Positions 12,108 to 23,965 of a DNA stretch of 64,000 nucleotides are shown here, piece after piece (within the stretch, counting starts at the first letter, position 1; each line of letters starts with the position of its first letter). Below the pieces are notes generated by a model, which worked only from the letters and a program-made list of their open reading frames with translations, did no database searches and was not told where the DNA came from. The stretch spans positions 14,632,001-14,696,000 of the forward strand of contig OY740817.1 of assembly GCA_963514005.1 (NCBI GenBank). Direction: 5' to 3'. The position numbers were made by a program, and so were the translations under genes. Source of the stretch: Raja brachyura. Lineage: Eukaryota.

Positions 12108-12830
12108 GGGTAGACAAAAATGCTGGAGAAACTCAGCGGGTGAGGCAGCATCTATGGAGCGAAGGATTAGGCGACGTTTCGGGTCGAGCCTTCTTCAGAC
12201 TGATGTCGCGGCGGGGGGGGGGCGGGAAAAAGAAATGATGAGGTGGAGACAGTGGGCTGTGGGAGAGCTGGGAATGGGAGGGGAAGGAGGGAGAAAGCAA
12301 GGACTACCTGAAATTAGGGAAGCCAATGTTCATACCGCTGGGGTGTTATTGCGGAGCGAGCGGAGGTGTTGGGCGAAGCAATCGCCAAGCCTACGCTTGG
12401 TCTCACCGATGTAGAGCAGCTGACACCTAGAGCAGTGGATGCAATAGATGAGGTTGGAGTAGATGCAAGTGAACCTCTGCCTCACCTGGAAAGACTGCTT
12501 GGGTGAATGGAGTCAAGGGGGGAGGTAAAGCGACAAGTGTAGCATTTCCTGCAGTTGCAAGGGAAAAGTGCCAGGAGAGGAGGTGGGAAGGGACGAATTG
12601 ACCAGGGAGTTACGGAGGGAGCGGTCTCTGCGGAAAGCCAACAGGGGAGGAGATGGGAAGATGTGGCCAGTGGTGGGATAAAAAAGTTGGAGAAAATCAG
12701 CAGGTAAGGCAGCATATGTGGAGCGAAGGAATAGGTGACGTTTCGCGTCGAGACACTTCTTCAGATTGATGTCAGGGGGAGGGGAGGTGTTATTCGAAGC
12801 GATCGCCAAGCCTGCGCTTGGTCTCACCGA
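12108..12830 (-). mobile_element. Penelope-like element fragments with two hammerhead motifs
   Basis: Linker peptide PPLLAFRRDRSLRNSLV...FPCNxRKCYTC and the GIY-YIG C-terminal region. Hammerhead cores at 12173-12198 and 12737-12764. Confidence 0.8.
12737..12764 (-). ncRNA. Minimal type I hammerhead ribozyme motif
   Basis: Minus strand CUGAAGA-A-GUGUC-UC-GACGC-GAAAC-GUC: complete catalytic core, 5-bp stem II, palindromic ACGU in place of stem III. Confidence 0.65.
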
Positions 12831-13546
12831 GGTTGATCATACGCTGAATAATCCAACCACATTTTTGTTTGGAAGTGGAAAGAAATAATAGAAATTGCAT
12901 TCATTGCAATGTGTAAAAAGAGTTGTGATACTGTATTATAGTTTTGCTGTATGTCTTTGTGGTATATATCATGTCTTGATTGGTGAATATGTTTAGTTTG
13001 TGACTTTATTTGAAACAGAAATAATATGTGAATACTTCATTGAGCATAATTCTGACTGGTAACTACGCACTTCATCCGAGCACATTATCGCACGCGTCAT
13101 GCAAGCCATCTTAAGTGACCACCTAAACTGTCATTTGGCAACTTAAAAAGCTGCCAAGGTTGCCCGGCTGACAACAGAGAAAAAAAATTAAGTGAGAGCC
13201 CTGCAAGGTGTATAATATTTTTGACACTGTTATAGGTCTTTCTAACATATGCTGTCACAGCGCACTGTAGTCTCCAAACAACCCTTCAGTAATTTTCCTT
13301 GCCCTCCATTTCAGAATAATAATGTTTTAAGCCAATAACTCGACACTAGCACTGGCAATAAATAAATAAATAAATAGCTAGGCTTTCCAGCCCCTTATCT
13401 CATTGGCCACGCTTGGCTGCAAATCGGTGTCAATCTGCTGGTAGTTTACATAACAGAAACTTATCCAGTAAAATAACCCCCAAAAGATAAATATTTCATG
13501 CAATAAATGACTTCATACAGCCAAAAGAGAGTCTCATGAGTTTGTA

Positions 13547-15172
13547 TTGAACATTTTCACTAAACATAAAAAAGACGGCGGATGCCGCATCATTATTGAT
13601 TTGACAGAACTGAATACTTTCGTGCAGTATGCCCACTTCAAAATGGAAACCTTTGTCACTGCCAAACAACTAGTTTCCAAGAGGTACTTCATGGCTTTCA
13701 TCGACCTAAAGGATGCATACTATTCAGTACCAATAGACAAGGATCATTGCAGATATTTGAAATTTGTCAGGATGGGGCAGCTCTGGCAGTATCAAGCGCT
13801 GCCTAATGGATTATCATCAGCACCCAGACTGTTTACCAAATTATTAAAACCAGCTTTAGCATGTCTCAGAAAACAAAAACATATTGTTATGGCGTACCTC
13901 GATGACATTTTAATCGTGGGGAAAACCTTGGAGTTGGCCAAATTGGCTGTCTCAGCCACTGAGCACTTATTTCAAAAACTGGGGTTTATCATCTATCGAG
14001 ATATATCAAAATTGATGCCTTCTACCACTATGGACTATTTGGAATTCACAATTGACTCTGTTCATATGTCTGTCACTTTGCCACCAAACAAAGCATCAGA
14101 CTTGATAGAAGCATGCAACAGCCTTACTGGCATCAGGAAACCGTCTATTCGGCAAGTAGCCAGGGTGATTGGGAAGCTTGTGGCTGCTTTCCCAGCCACA
14201 CAATTTGGGCCACTGCATTATCAAAACCTACAAAAATTGCAGCACTCAAAACACCATGAGGGCCATTTTGACAGGCCAATGCAATTACCAGGGAAAGCAA
14301 AATTGGAATTACAATGGTGGATGGACAATGCTCGACATTGCTCTAACCCCATCACAACCACAAATCCCTCAGTTATACTACAAACTGATGCCAGCGCACA
14401 AGGCTGGGGAGCAACTAATACCACCTCCAGTTGCGGTGGTAGATGGAATGCACATGAGTTAACCCTACTCCCGGCACTGGGAATTAATTATCTAGAAATG
14501 CTGGGAGCATTTCATGGACTCCGGGCTTACTGTTCGGACATGCACCATCTGCACGTACGCTTACAAATTGATAATACCATTGTGGTAGTTTATATCAAAC
14601 ATATGGGTGGAATACAGTCGATATCCTGTGACGAATTGGTCAACACAATCGGTTACTGGTGCATAGAAAGGAGCATTTGGATATCAGCCATTTACCTTCC
14701 AGGTAGGCTAAATACAGTGGCGGACACCAGGTCACGCAAGTTTAATGACAACACCAAATGGATGTTGGACAGCAAAGTGTTTGCCGATTTTATAGATCGG
14801 TATGGAACACCAGATATCGATCTTTTTGCATCCAGACTTAATCACCAAATATCAACATATGTTGCATGGGAACCAGACCCTGGGGCAGTAGCGATGGACG
14901 CTTTCTCGCTACACTGGGGGGATTTGTTTTTCTATGCATTTCCCCCCTTCTGCCTCATCAATCAGGTCTTGCAAAAAATTCGACAAGACTCTGCATCGGG
15001 TGTTCTGGTTGTGCCCGACTGGCCTACTCAACCATAGTTCCCTGTGGTACAGGACATGGTCCCAGAACCATGCATTCCAATACCTAAACGTCCGAGTTTA
15101 TTGGTACATCCTGTGACAGGGGAGAGTCACCCGTGCCATGACCGGATGAACCTATTGGTTTGCAGGGTTTGA
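13547..15172 (+). pseudogene. DIRS pol (RT YLDD, RNase H TDAS, methyltransferase-like DLFAS...FPPF), premature stop at 15035
   Basis: ORF 13547-15037 motifs; homologous to ORF 23953-25962. Confidence 0.9.
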
Positions 15173-16143
15173 AAAGGCCACTTCTGGATTATGGACTCTT
15201 GGACCGAACAATCAATATCATCACAGCATCGTGCAGGGAGTCCACCAGGAGACAGTGCCTCACTTACGTGAAGAAATGGGCGGTATTCTGTACCAAAACA
15301 AACACCACATATGACACAGCCACCGTCACGGAAGTGCTGGAGTTCCTGGCAAGCCTTCATTTCGATGAAGGTTTGAGCTACAGTGCCATCAACTGTGCCA
15401 GAAGTGCCCTATCCAATTATCTCTGGCGAGGTTGTGATCACCTTACAGTGGGGTCTCACCCTTTGGTGTTGAAACTAATGAGGGGAATATTTAATTCAAA
15501 TCCCCCCAGGCCTAGATATTCCCAGACCTGGGATATCGGCATTGTACTAACCATGCTCCGAGGGTGAGCACCAATAACGTCCCTTTCATTGGACAAATTG
15601 ACCTACAAAATGGTCATGCTGATGGCACTCGTGACGGCGCAACGGGTACAGTCCCTACACAAGCTAAGTATGGACGCCATGGTTATAACCAACAAAAAGG
15701 TAACTTTCTTTATACAGGGGTTACTCAAACAAGACAGGCCTGAATCATCTGGCCGAAAGTTGAATTTCCTGGCTTACCCCGTAGACAACCGTTTATGCCT
15801 AGTGACCCACCTTTTACACTATATGGAGGTCACCAAGTGTCTCAGGGGCACAGAAAGGGCTTTACTTATAACTCACAAACGTCCTCATCACAGAGTCACC
15901 GTGCAAACCATTTCAAGATGGTTAAGGGTGGTATTGAGTGCAGCGGGGGTGGACACTAATGTGTTTAAATCTCACTCCACCAGGGCTGCATCCACATCGG
16001 CGGCAAGGATGATGGAAGTTCCTATGGACCACATCCTTGCAATGGCGGGTTGGACAAATGAGAAAACCTTTCAGCGATGTTTTAATAAACCCATGGCCGC
16101 ACCTGAGACGTTTGCCGACAGAATATTAAGTTCTGTATTATAA
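15160..16143 (+). pseudogene. DIRS tyrosine recombinase, inactivated
   Basis: In-frame TGA at 15565 splits ORFs 15160-15567 and 15589-16143. R...HSTR...AGW are retained, but the catalytic Y region reads QRCF. Confidence 0.9.
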
Positions 16144-17151
16144 TTTCCCCGATGTAGGGGTATTATTATTTGGTATTGTTAAATAAATACCCTTTTGTTT
16201 TTCAGCACAATTTCATGTCTGAAATACGTTAACATACTTCCTCCATTTTTCATTATGGCAGTGTATGAGCATGGACTCATTCCAGGGCATGAAATCACAG
16301 AGCTTTGAAATCTTCATGTAGTCACTCACGTGACTCCGAAGTAAAATGGTAAGATTAAATGAGAACTTACCAGTTTGAAGTTTGATCTTTATTTTATGAA
16401 GAGTTACGATGAGGGATTACGTGCCCTCAGCTCCCAAACTCTCTATTATAAGGTCAACTGGTATGCTAGTTCTCTTATCTTACTATGTTAGTCAACTCTG
16501 TTATCTGTGATTTCACACCGCTGCTTTGAAGAATGTTGCGCATGCGTGCTGTCGGGGTCGTTTCGTAATCCCTCATCATAACTCCTCATAAAATAAAGAT
16601 CAAACTTCAAACTGGTAAATTCTCATTTAATCTTACTAGTAACATTACCTAAACTCTAGTTTGACTTCCTCTTTGGCTGACACTTTCTTTTTGTATTAAG
16701 CAAAACACAAACTGCTGCAGGAACTCAGCAAGTCAGGAAGCATCTCTGGAAGGAATGGACTGATGCCATGTCCGATTATGATCCTTCAACTGACCAATTA
16801 TCAATTTCCTCCACAGATGCTGCCTGAAAGACAATGGAGACACAAAGAATGTTGAGAAAATGTGTTGCTGAAATGTTGAGAAAAACACAAAGTGTTTCCA
16901 AAATCAGCAGTTCTTTGTCTCTCCATTGCATCACTCTCATTGATCATGTACTTTGGTTTTTGTACCATGATCTAGCTTACTTAGAATAACCAATAATTTA
17001 CAGCATATGTGTCGCTGTTGCTTCTCCTACAGCAAGTTAAAAAAAATTGTTCCATGTCAGATGACAATTAAGCACTCTTGAGAATTAAAATTCAGTCCAG
17101 AATCATTCCAGTTCTTGGCAGGATTCATTGGGTTGCATTCCAATAAATCCA

Positions 17152-18255
17152 TCTATATACTATTAAAAGTCAAGTCAAGTCAAGTTTTATTCGTCACTTG
17201 CACATAAAGTGCAGTGAAATGAATTTGCCAGCAGCGGTACAATTTTAAAAAAAGAACACACAATATACAATAAAAATTTAACACTAACATCCACCACAGC
17301 ATTCCTCAATGTGGTGGAAGGCACAATGTTTGGTCAGTCCTCCTCCATTTTCCCCCATGGTCGGGACCACAACACTCCGCAGTCGCCGCTGCGGGCGTCC
17401 AGATGTGCAGACAGATAAGTCTAGGTAAGTCCTGAATCGGTGCCTCCCCACGCAGCTTCAAGATGGTGTAGGCCTCAGGCCGGCGGTTGAAGATCGAAAG
17501 TTCTCACCGCGCCGCAGCCAGAAGCACCGCAAACCGCAGGGCCAGCGGTCAGAGCTCCTCTCCAGGGATCCCCGGCGAGGAATCCCGCTCCAGATGGTAA
17601 GTCCCCGCCGCACCAGCTGGAAGCAGCATAGTCCGTGGCTTCTAGATGGTGTAGGCCGTGGGCCGTCACAACTTGCTTGTCTGTCTGTCTGTCTGTCTGT
17701 CTGTGATCTCAGGAGCTATGCCAAAACGGTACACAATAGCGTGAAAACCTTTTGCAGAATCTTACTCAGCTTTTTCCCATGGTCGTTTGTATCAATTTTC
17801 TTCACATTGATGTTATATTTGAAAAGATTGACATTTCAAGGTTTAAAAAAAACAACTTCAACAAGATTTAAAATCGTTCGTGCCAGCTTCCAACAAACTT
17901 TGATACAAAGTTGCAATACAGGAACACTCTGTGCTTCCACCAACTTTTCACCTGAATGGGATATCACAGTCCTCCACCTGACAATTGCAAAAATGTTGCC
18001 ATCATACAACACTTACTCCAGCTCCAGGCAGGACAGGAGGGGGAGGGTGAATTGATATTGCAATTGGGGAAGTGCAATTGGAATTTTATTTTAATCCAAT
18101 GCTGGGAAGGCAGGGGAGTGCTGGAATCTTACGTTCAGCAACGGGTTGAGTTGGGGACCACGGGTTAGTGGTACAATGTTGCATTGGGGAACGGGTTGTG
18201 TCGGGCGACTAGTCCTCCCGTGTGACAGGGACCTAACGGGTCCCAGTCGGTCTAG
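17152..18255 (+). mobile_element. Non-autonomous Helitron, with a nested minus-strand retroelement fragment at about 17170-17670
   Basis: A|TCTATATA start, subterminal hairpin GGGACCTAACGGGTCCC at 18228-18244, CTAG|T end. Confidence 0.7.
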
Positions 18256-18475
18256 TAAGCATTAAAATTCAGCCCATAGACATTCCAACCCAAGGTTTAT
18301 TTACACTGCAAACACTGCAAGTGTGGCACCATCCTCTCATCCCAAACAAAATCCATATCAATGCACCGTTCTGTCTGCCAGCCTTCCCCAGAGCAGGTAG
18401 TCCGGTTAGTGCTTCTGTCTGGCTGTAGACATCACTGCAGCCAGAAGCCATCCCTAGCCCTGCGCCATCAGCCAC

Positions 18476-18544
18476 CGTGTTCTTCCTCGACACCATCTTA
18501 TCCATCTTCTTGGTGATGCGCACAATCTCCTCCAACTTCACCAT
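18476..18544 (-). pseudogene. Orphan first coding exon of a TFIIS/TCEA (TCEA2/3-like) gene
   Basis: MVKLEEIVRITKKMDKMVSRKNT (23 codons) followed by GT. Matches the TCEA N-terminus pattern (EEI/LxRIAKKLDKMVxRKNT). No further TCEA exons seen. Confidence 0.7.
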
Positions 18545-19004
18545 TACGTCGTGGTTTTGTTTTGTTGTTGAGGGTGAGGGAGAGGGGAGGGGGTAGTTGC
18601 AGAAGGAGAACAGGACGCAATGGCCGCTCACATCAACACCAGGAGAGAGCGCGGACTTCCCCTCTCCTCTTGTATAGGGCGCTGGCATATACCACCGCAA
18701 GCACTGCTGGGAGCTGTAGTCCTAACCCTTCAGAAGGGTCTCGACCCAAAATGTCACCCATTCCTTCGCTCCATAGATGCTGCCTCACCCGCAGAATTTC
18801 TCCAGCTTTTCGTCAACCTACTGATTCTGGATGATCAGTCATGAATATATTGTGGTGAGGGCTCGAAGGGCCGAATGGCCAACTCCTGCACCTATTTTCT
18901 GAGTTTCTATGCTTCAGGGAGCAGCAGTAATCCTCGTCTGGGAACAAGGCTCTCTCCAACTATGTTGCCTGCTCAGCGTAGTTTTCGAATCTCAAGCAAA
19001 ACAC

Positions 19005-20918
19005 AGCGATATTACAAAACCTACCTTCAGCGGCGCTCCAGATATTCCACGGGCCGTGTGTGTCACTACACCCCCTTTGAGGGGGGGGAGGGGGGGGCGG
19101 GATTAAAATGCAGGTTTGTATCGCTTGTCGGAAAGGGATTTCCTTGGGCTGCTAGTCGATGAAGAAAAATAGATCGGACTTCCGTTCCCGTTTTTTTTTC
19201 AATTGCTGGACAATTTAATAGTTGGATTAAAGTAAAATGTGACTTCAAATGCCCTCAACGCCTTCAATGTGATGGATCGTAATATCAGGACAAAACATAG
19301 GGTAAGTCATGTATTTCACATATAATCTTGCTTCTTGGGGTGGCTTTAGTCTAATTTTACGACGCAAAAATGTTATTTAGTCTCCAAACGATTCGGCCAT
19401 GTCTTTGCCTGCCGATATGGGGTTAAAATTCACGGCAACGGCAACGTTCCAATCGATCGCATTCCAGAAACACCCACTCGCAAGATGATTAAAATTCTCT
19501 ATTTTTTGGACAATCATTTCATAAACCATCTATATTTTGTGTAATTGCCTATCCATAATCAATATGTTTATACTAAATATCCACAACAGTTTTAGTCACA
19601 TGTATTGTGCAAAAAATAATAATTTTGATTATATTGAGAGTGGATGTTTCTAGATTAATTTATGGGAATTAAACATTAAATTCCTTCCATTTGGCATATA
19701 AGTTCATGACAGAGATTTGAAAATCATGTTATATTGTGAATTCTTGTGTGAATGGGATTAGTTTGTTATTTGGATACTTAGGCTATTTTTAAAAATTAGC
19801 CTTTTTTAAGAAATGGATAGATGTTTAGATCTAGTAATTGAATTTAGATTAATTTAATTGATTAGATGATTTGGAGGGAGCCTTGTCAACAAATCAATAA
19901 TTGATTTGATGAAACTGATGCATATGATTTTTTTGTTGCGTCTTTACTATTTGTTTTAGCGTTTAACTTTATCATTTCTACCTTTTTTCTAAAACTGCAA
20001 ATAATAACTTGTTTCTGTTAATGCTGTTCAATGTTTTTTTTTTCCTTCACATTTTAAACAGATGTCTCCGAAGAAGAAATGCAAAATTGTCGATCCGAAT
20101 GCTCAGCAAAAGAGACTGATTTAAACAGCATTCGCAGAGATTATCCAAATTTGGACTACTCCAAATGTGATGATCTACAGGACATTCTTAATGGGGAAGT
20201 AGTGGGCAGAAAGGCATGCCTTGCGTGGTTTGAAGAGCAAAAACTTGTAGTTTACAATGCCAACATTGAAAAGTTGAGGACAAACAAGGTGTACAGAGTT
20301 GCTTATTGGTTACAATCTGAGGAGTATGATGATGCTACTGGTTATGATATGCCAATGTACCAGCTAGCAACTGATCTTCTCCATAAAGACTTGGTCTATT
20401 GCTAGAAATTGTAATTTATTTACCTATCTGTTACGGACTTGCAGCATATAACACAATAATATTAAAGTTCTGATCTTGAGAATATCACATTTTTGAATTT
20501 TCAAGGCAGTCTGGGTGTTTATTACATATTTCCATCACAACAGTCAATTTTGTAATTAGCTACAATTAGTTAACTAACTAATTATATGCTTTAATTTCAG
20601 GTCATCCAAGTAAGCTGTTTTATATTTGTTTCAGAATGCTTCAATCTATAATAGCTGAAAATGTCATTCAGTTCTCTTAATTTTTAAGAAGGTTATGGGC
20701 TTTTGACTGTCCTCGATCACAGCTTCTGTGTTAAGTCAATGGAAAAGCAATAGGGAACAAGATGCTAATTTCCGAGTATGAAAATGGCCATAACTTTTTT
20801 TAATACTGAAGATATGAAAGTGAATTGAGTATCAAATTAAACTTCTTTTTATGCTTTATCTGATGGGGTAAATTACAGACTTGATTTTTTTAATCTGAAA
20901 ATTTTTGTAACATTCCTA
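19005..20918 (+). mobile_element. Non-autonomous TIR DNA transposon (TAG...CTA termini, possibly Academ-like), related to 54717-55746
   Basis: Ends TTTTGTAACATTCCTA. Internal sequence is the reverse complement of 54717-55746 apart from an insert at 19846-20545. Confidence 0.6.
20062..20405 (+). other. Unidentified terminal exon-like coding fragment inside a 700-bp insert
   Basis: Acceptor TTTTAAACAG at 20061. ORF 20079-20405 has normal protein composition (VYRVAYWLQSEEYDD...LATDLLHKDLVYC*). Confidence 0.35.
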
Positions 20919-20919
20919 A

Positions 20920-21085
20920 AGTGCTGGAGGAACTCAGCGGGTCAGGCATCATCTGTGGAGGGAATGGACAGACGACGCTTCTGGTTGGGTCTCTTCTTCG
21001 GTCTGAAGAAGGGTTCCGATCAAAAACACCTTCTGTCCATTCCCTCCACAGACGCTGCCTGAACCAGCTCAGTTCCTCCAGTACC
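20920..21085. repeat. Palindromic Penelope-derived repeat (two inverted arms, degenerate hammerhead cores)
   Basis: GTGCTGGAGGAACTCAGC...TTCTTCGGTCTGAAGAA...GCTCAGTTCCTCCAGTAC. Confidence 0.75.
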
Positions 21086-21099
21086 TTTTAATGTGCACA

Positions 21100-21386
21100 G
21101 TATAGGAACATCCCCAGAGGAGCATGGGTGAAGCTCAACAGACTTTGTACTGGAGTTGGGTGTTTCAATGCCAGCGTGTGGAGATGGGGACTCTGGCAGA
21201 GCCCAGCCTGTGGATGCGGATCAGAACAACAGACCATGTCATTTCTGGGTGCCCGCTCTACCACCCACCAAATGGAGCTCAGGGCCTGGCAGACATTGGC
21301 ACAGAGATAACAACCTGGCTGCTCAACACCCGGCTTGAGATCAAACTATTCCTTTGATTTATTTATGTTTCATTCGCAAGAAGAAG
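21100..21386 (+). mobile_element. Ingi/Vingi-like LINE 3' end
   Basis: WVKLNRLCTGVG...CGCG...HVISGCP zinc knuckle and (AAG)n tail. The clade call is tentative. Confidence 0.6.
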
Positions 21387-21744
21387 TATCGGAATGGTGT
21401 TAGAGCATCAGAAATACATATTTTTTAATGTTAATATCTTTCTAATGTCAAGAAAATGAATGTACCAACTGCTGAAGGACATTCATACCTGAGTACAGAA
21501 TTTGAGGTAAATGTAGAACGTTATCTTTTCTTTGTCTTTTGTCCATTGCTACCAGGTTTAATTATGGTTGAATAGTGCACCTGCCTTTCTTCTGCCAGCC
21601 TGTACGTCCATGGTGACCTCACCTGCGACTCCAACATTGCTTGGGTGACAGGTTTACATCTCCAGGCAGTGCTTTCTCTCTGGGTGACCACTGATGTTAT
21701 CCAGATGTTGCAAGGCATGGAGCATCTTCTCTATGCCACATCTA

Positions 21745-21936
21745 GTCCCATGGCAACCATTGAACCTATGACAATCACTGGTCCCATGGCAACTATTGGT
21801 CCCATAGCAACCATTGGTCCCATGGCAACTGTTGGTCTCGTGGCAACCGCTGGTCCCATGGCAACCGTTGAGCCCATGGTAATGTTGGTCTCTTGGCAAC
21901 CACTAATCCCATGGCAACCACTAGGTCCTTGGTAAC
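21745..21936. repeat. 18-bp minisatellite (consensus GGTCCCATGGCAACCACT, about 10 copies)
   Basis: Direct tandem units with period 18, giving 6-aa repeats in several frames. Confidence 0.9.
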
Positions 21937-22161
21937 TGGTCCGAAGTCTCCGTTTGAGGAGCATTTGGGAAGTGATCACAACTCTACAAATGTTAAGACA
22001 GTTGTGAATAAGGACAAGTGTGGACATTGGGCGAAGGCACTAAAGTGGGGGTAAGGCAGACTAGAACATTATTAGGCTGGAACGAGAGAGAGTAACCTGG
22101 GAACAGTTGGTATTGGGTAAGTCCTCATCCTACATATGGGAGTCATTTAGAGGCCATGAAG

Positions 22162-22462
22162 AGGCCGCACGGTGGCGCAGAGGTAGAGTTGCTGCCTCAC
22201 AGCACCAGAGACCCAGGCCCGATCCTGACTGCGGGTGCTGTCTGTACGGAGTTTGTACGTTCTCCCCGTGACCGCGTGGGTTTTCACCATGTGTTCCGAT
22301 TTCCTCCTACACTCCAAAGACGTACAGGTTTGTAGGTTAATTGGCTTCGATAAGGTTGTAAATTGTCCCAAGTGTGTAGGATAGTGCAAGTGTACATGGA
22401 TTGCTGGCCGGTGGGGGCTCGATGGGCAGAAGGGCCTTTTTCCGCACTAAAATAAACTAAAC
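22162..22462 (+). mobile_element. HE1-like V-SINE, near full length
   Basis: A box TGGCGCAGAGG, B-box-like GCCCGATCC, V core and (TAAAC)n tail. A similar copy lies at about 40980-41250. Confidence 0.85.
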
Positions 22463-22718
22463 TATATATTACGTTTTTTATGATAATTTTAATAGTAAGA
22501 TTAAACGAGAACTTACCAGTTTGAAGTTTGATCTTTATTTTATGAGGAGTTGCGATGAGGGATTTCGTGAAGAACCCGCCAGCACGCATGCGCGACATAC
22601 TTCAAAGCCGCGGTGTGGAATCACAGAAAAACCAAGCCAAGAAATGACTTGTTATAGTAAGATTAAAGAGACTCTAGTTACCAGTTGACTTTATGATCGA
22701 GGGTTGGGAGCGGAGGGC

Positions 22719-22830
22719 ACGAAATCCCTCATCGCAACTCCTCATAAAATAAAGATCAAACTTCAAACTGGTAAGTTCTCGTTTAATCTTACTATTTCAT
22801 TTCGGAGTCACGTGAGTGACTTCGTGAAGA
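22719..22830. other. DIRS internal complementary region (ICR)
   Basis: 22719-22795 is the reverse complement of 22492-22568. 22792-22830 is the reverse complement of about 27815-27852. Together they mirror the circle junction. Confidence 0.9.
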
Positions 22831-22975
22831 CTTCAAAGCTTCTGTGATTTCACGCCCTGGACAACGTCCATGCTATCACACACGCTACTGAAAAGGTGGA
22901 CAGCAGTAATCAATTTCCGTCACTGTTTCTCTGAAAAAATAATAATATTTATTAATAACAACAAGAAAGGACCCC

Positions 22976-23965
22976 TCACTGAGGGGGAACTGTATGTTCT
23001 CGGCCTGCATCCAGCACGGCTCCTGCGAACATTCCAGGTACGGTGACGGGTTTATTGTAAAACCGTTGAAAAGTGGCTTCACTGGCCCATCCCGCTGTGG
23101 CAAGTATCTGGTCCATGGGCACCTCCATGGCCTTTGCCGCCGATGTTGATGCTGCCCTGGTGGAATGGGATTTAAAAACATCAGTGTCAATACCTGCTTT
23201 GTTCAAGACGATCCTGAGCCATCGGGATATCGTCTGCACCGTCACTCTATGGTGAGATTTTTTGTGACTGATGAACAGGTATTGCTCCATTCCCCTTATT
23301 TTCCTCGTCACTTTGATATAGTGGCGGATATGGGTGGCTATGCATAGCCTAGCATCAGCGGGGTATGCTGGAAACTCCAGCTGCAGCCCTGTAAATCCAG
23401 GTCTATGCTGCTTGAGCAATTCATCAATGAAGAAAGTGACCCGTTCAGGGGTAGAGATCATTCTGTCGATCTTGGCCTTGTGAAGCGTTTGCACCCTTTG
23501 TGCTGAAGTAAGTGCCATCAACATCACCACCTTCAGGGTGAGTTTGTCCAATTCGAGCCCCGTCATGGGTGACCATGTTCTCAGCAGGGTCAGCACTTTG
23601 CCAATATCCCATGTGACGTTGTAACGGGGCCTCGGCGGGTTGGAATTAAATATCCCCCGCATAAGTTTGGAGACCAATTTATTGGATCCTACCTCAATAT
23701 TGAGGTAGGACGAGAGCGCACTCCTGGCGCTATTGATGGCACTATAGCTGAGATGTTGATCATGGTGTAGCCCCGCAAGAAATTCCAGCACATCTGTGAT
23801 GGAGACGGAGTCATATGCAACGTCCATGCGGCCACAATAGGATTCCCATTTCCTGATGTACGATAAGTACTGCCGTCTTGAGGACTCCCTGCATGATGCT
23901 CCCATGGTATCCATTGTCCTTGAAGATAGACCATACTGAAGTAGTGGCCTGTTCAGATCCTGCAA
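22976..23965 (-). CDS. DIRS ORF3 tyrosine recombinase
   Basis: 329 aa, open. SAQR, HSTR, AGW and RFY catalytic residues present. The ORF begins at TTG at a splice-acceptor-like site. Confidence 0.95.
   Translation of the reverse strand: MQDLNRPLLQYGLSSRTMDTMGASCRESSRRQYLSYIRKWESYCGRMDVAYDSVSITDVLEFLAGLHHDQHLSYSAINSARSALSSYLNIEVGSNKLVSKLMRGIFNSNPPRPRYNVTWDIGKVLTLLRTWSPMTGLELDKLTLKVVMLMALTSAQRVQTLHKAKIDRMISTPERVTFFIDELLKQHRPGFTGLQLEFPAYPADARLCIATHIRHYIKVTRKIRGMEQYLFISHKKSHHRVTVQTISRWLRIVLNKAGIDTDVFKSHSTRAASTSAAKAMEVPMDQILATAGWASEATFQRFYNKPVTVPGMFAGAVLDAGREHTVPPQ

Larger units (their letters stand above)
13545..16638 (+). mobile_element. DIRS1-like retrotransposon, 5'-truncated and decayed
   Basis: RT/RNaseH/MT ORF followed by YR ORF. 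ICR at about 16310-16425 is complementary to the 3' terminus at 16563-16638. Confidence 0.95.

Noticed and set aside
18269-18700. 143-aa ORF as a complete TCEA gene
   Set aside because: Only 23 codons resemble TFIIS; the rest has no TFIIS motifs.
21745-21936. CRISPR-like array
   Set aside because: Units are contiguous with no unique spacers, there are no cas genes, and the context is eukaryotic.
22162-22240. tRNA genes
   Set aside because: The A/B boxes are heads of SINEs continuing into SINE core and tail, with no complete cloverleaf.
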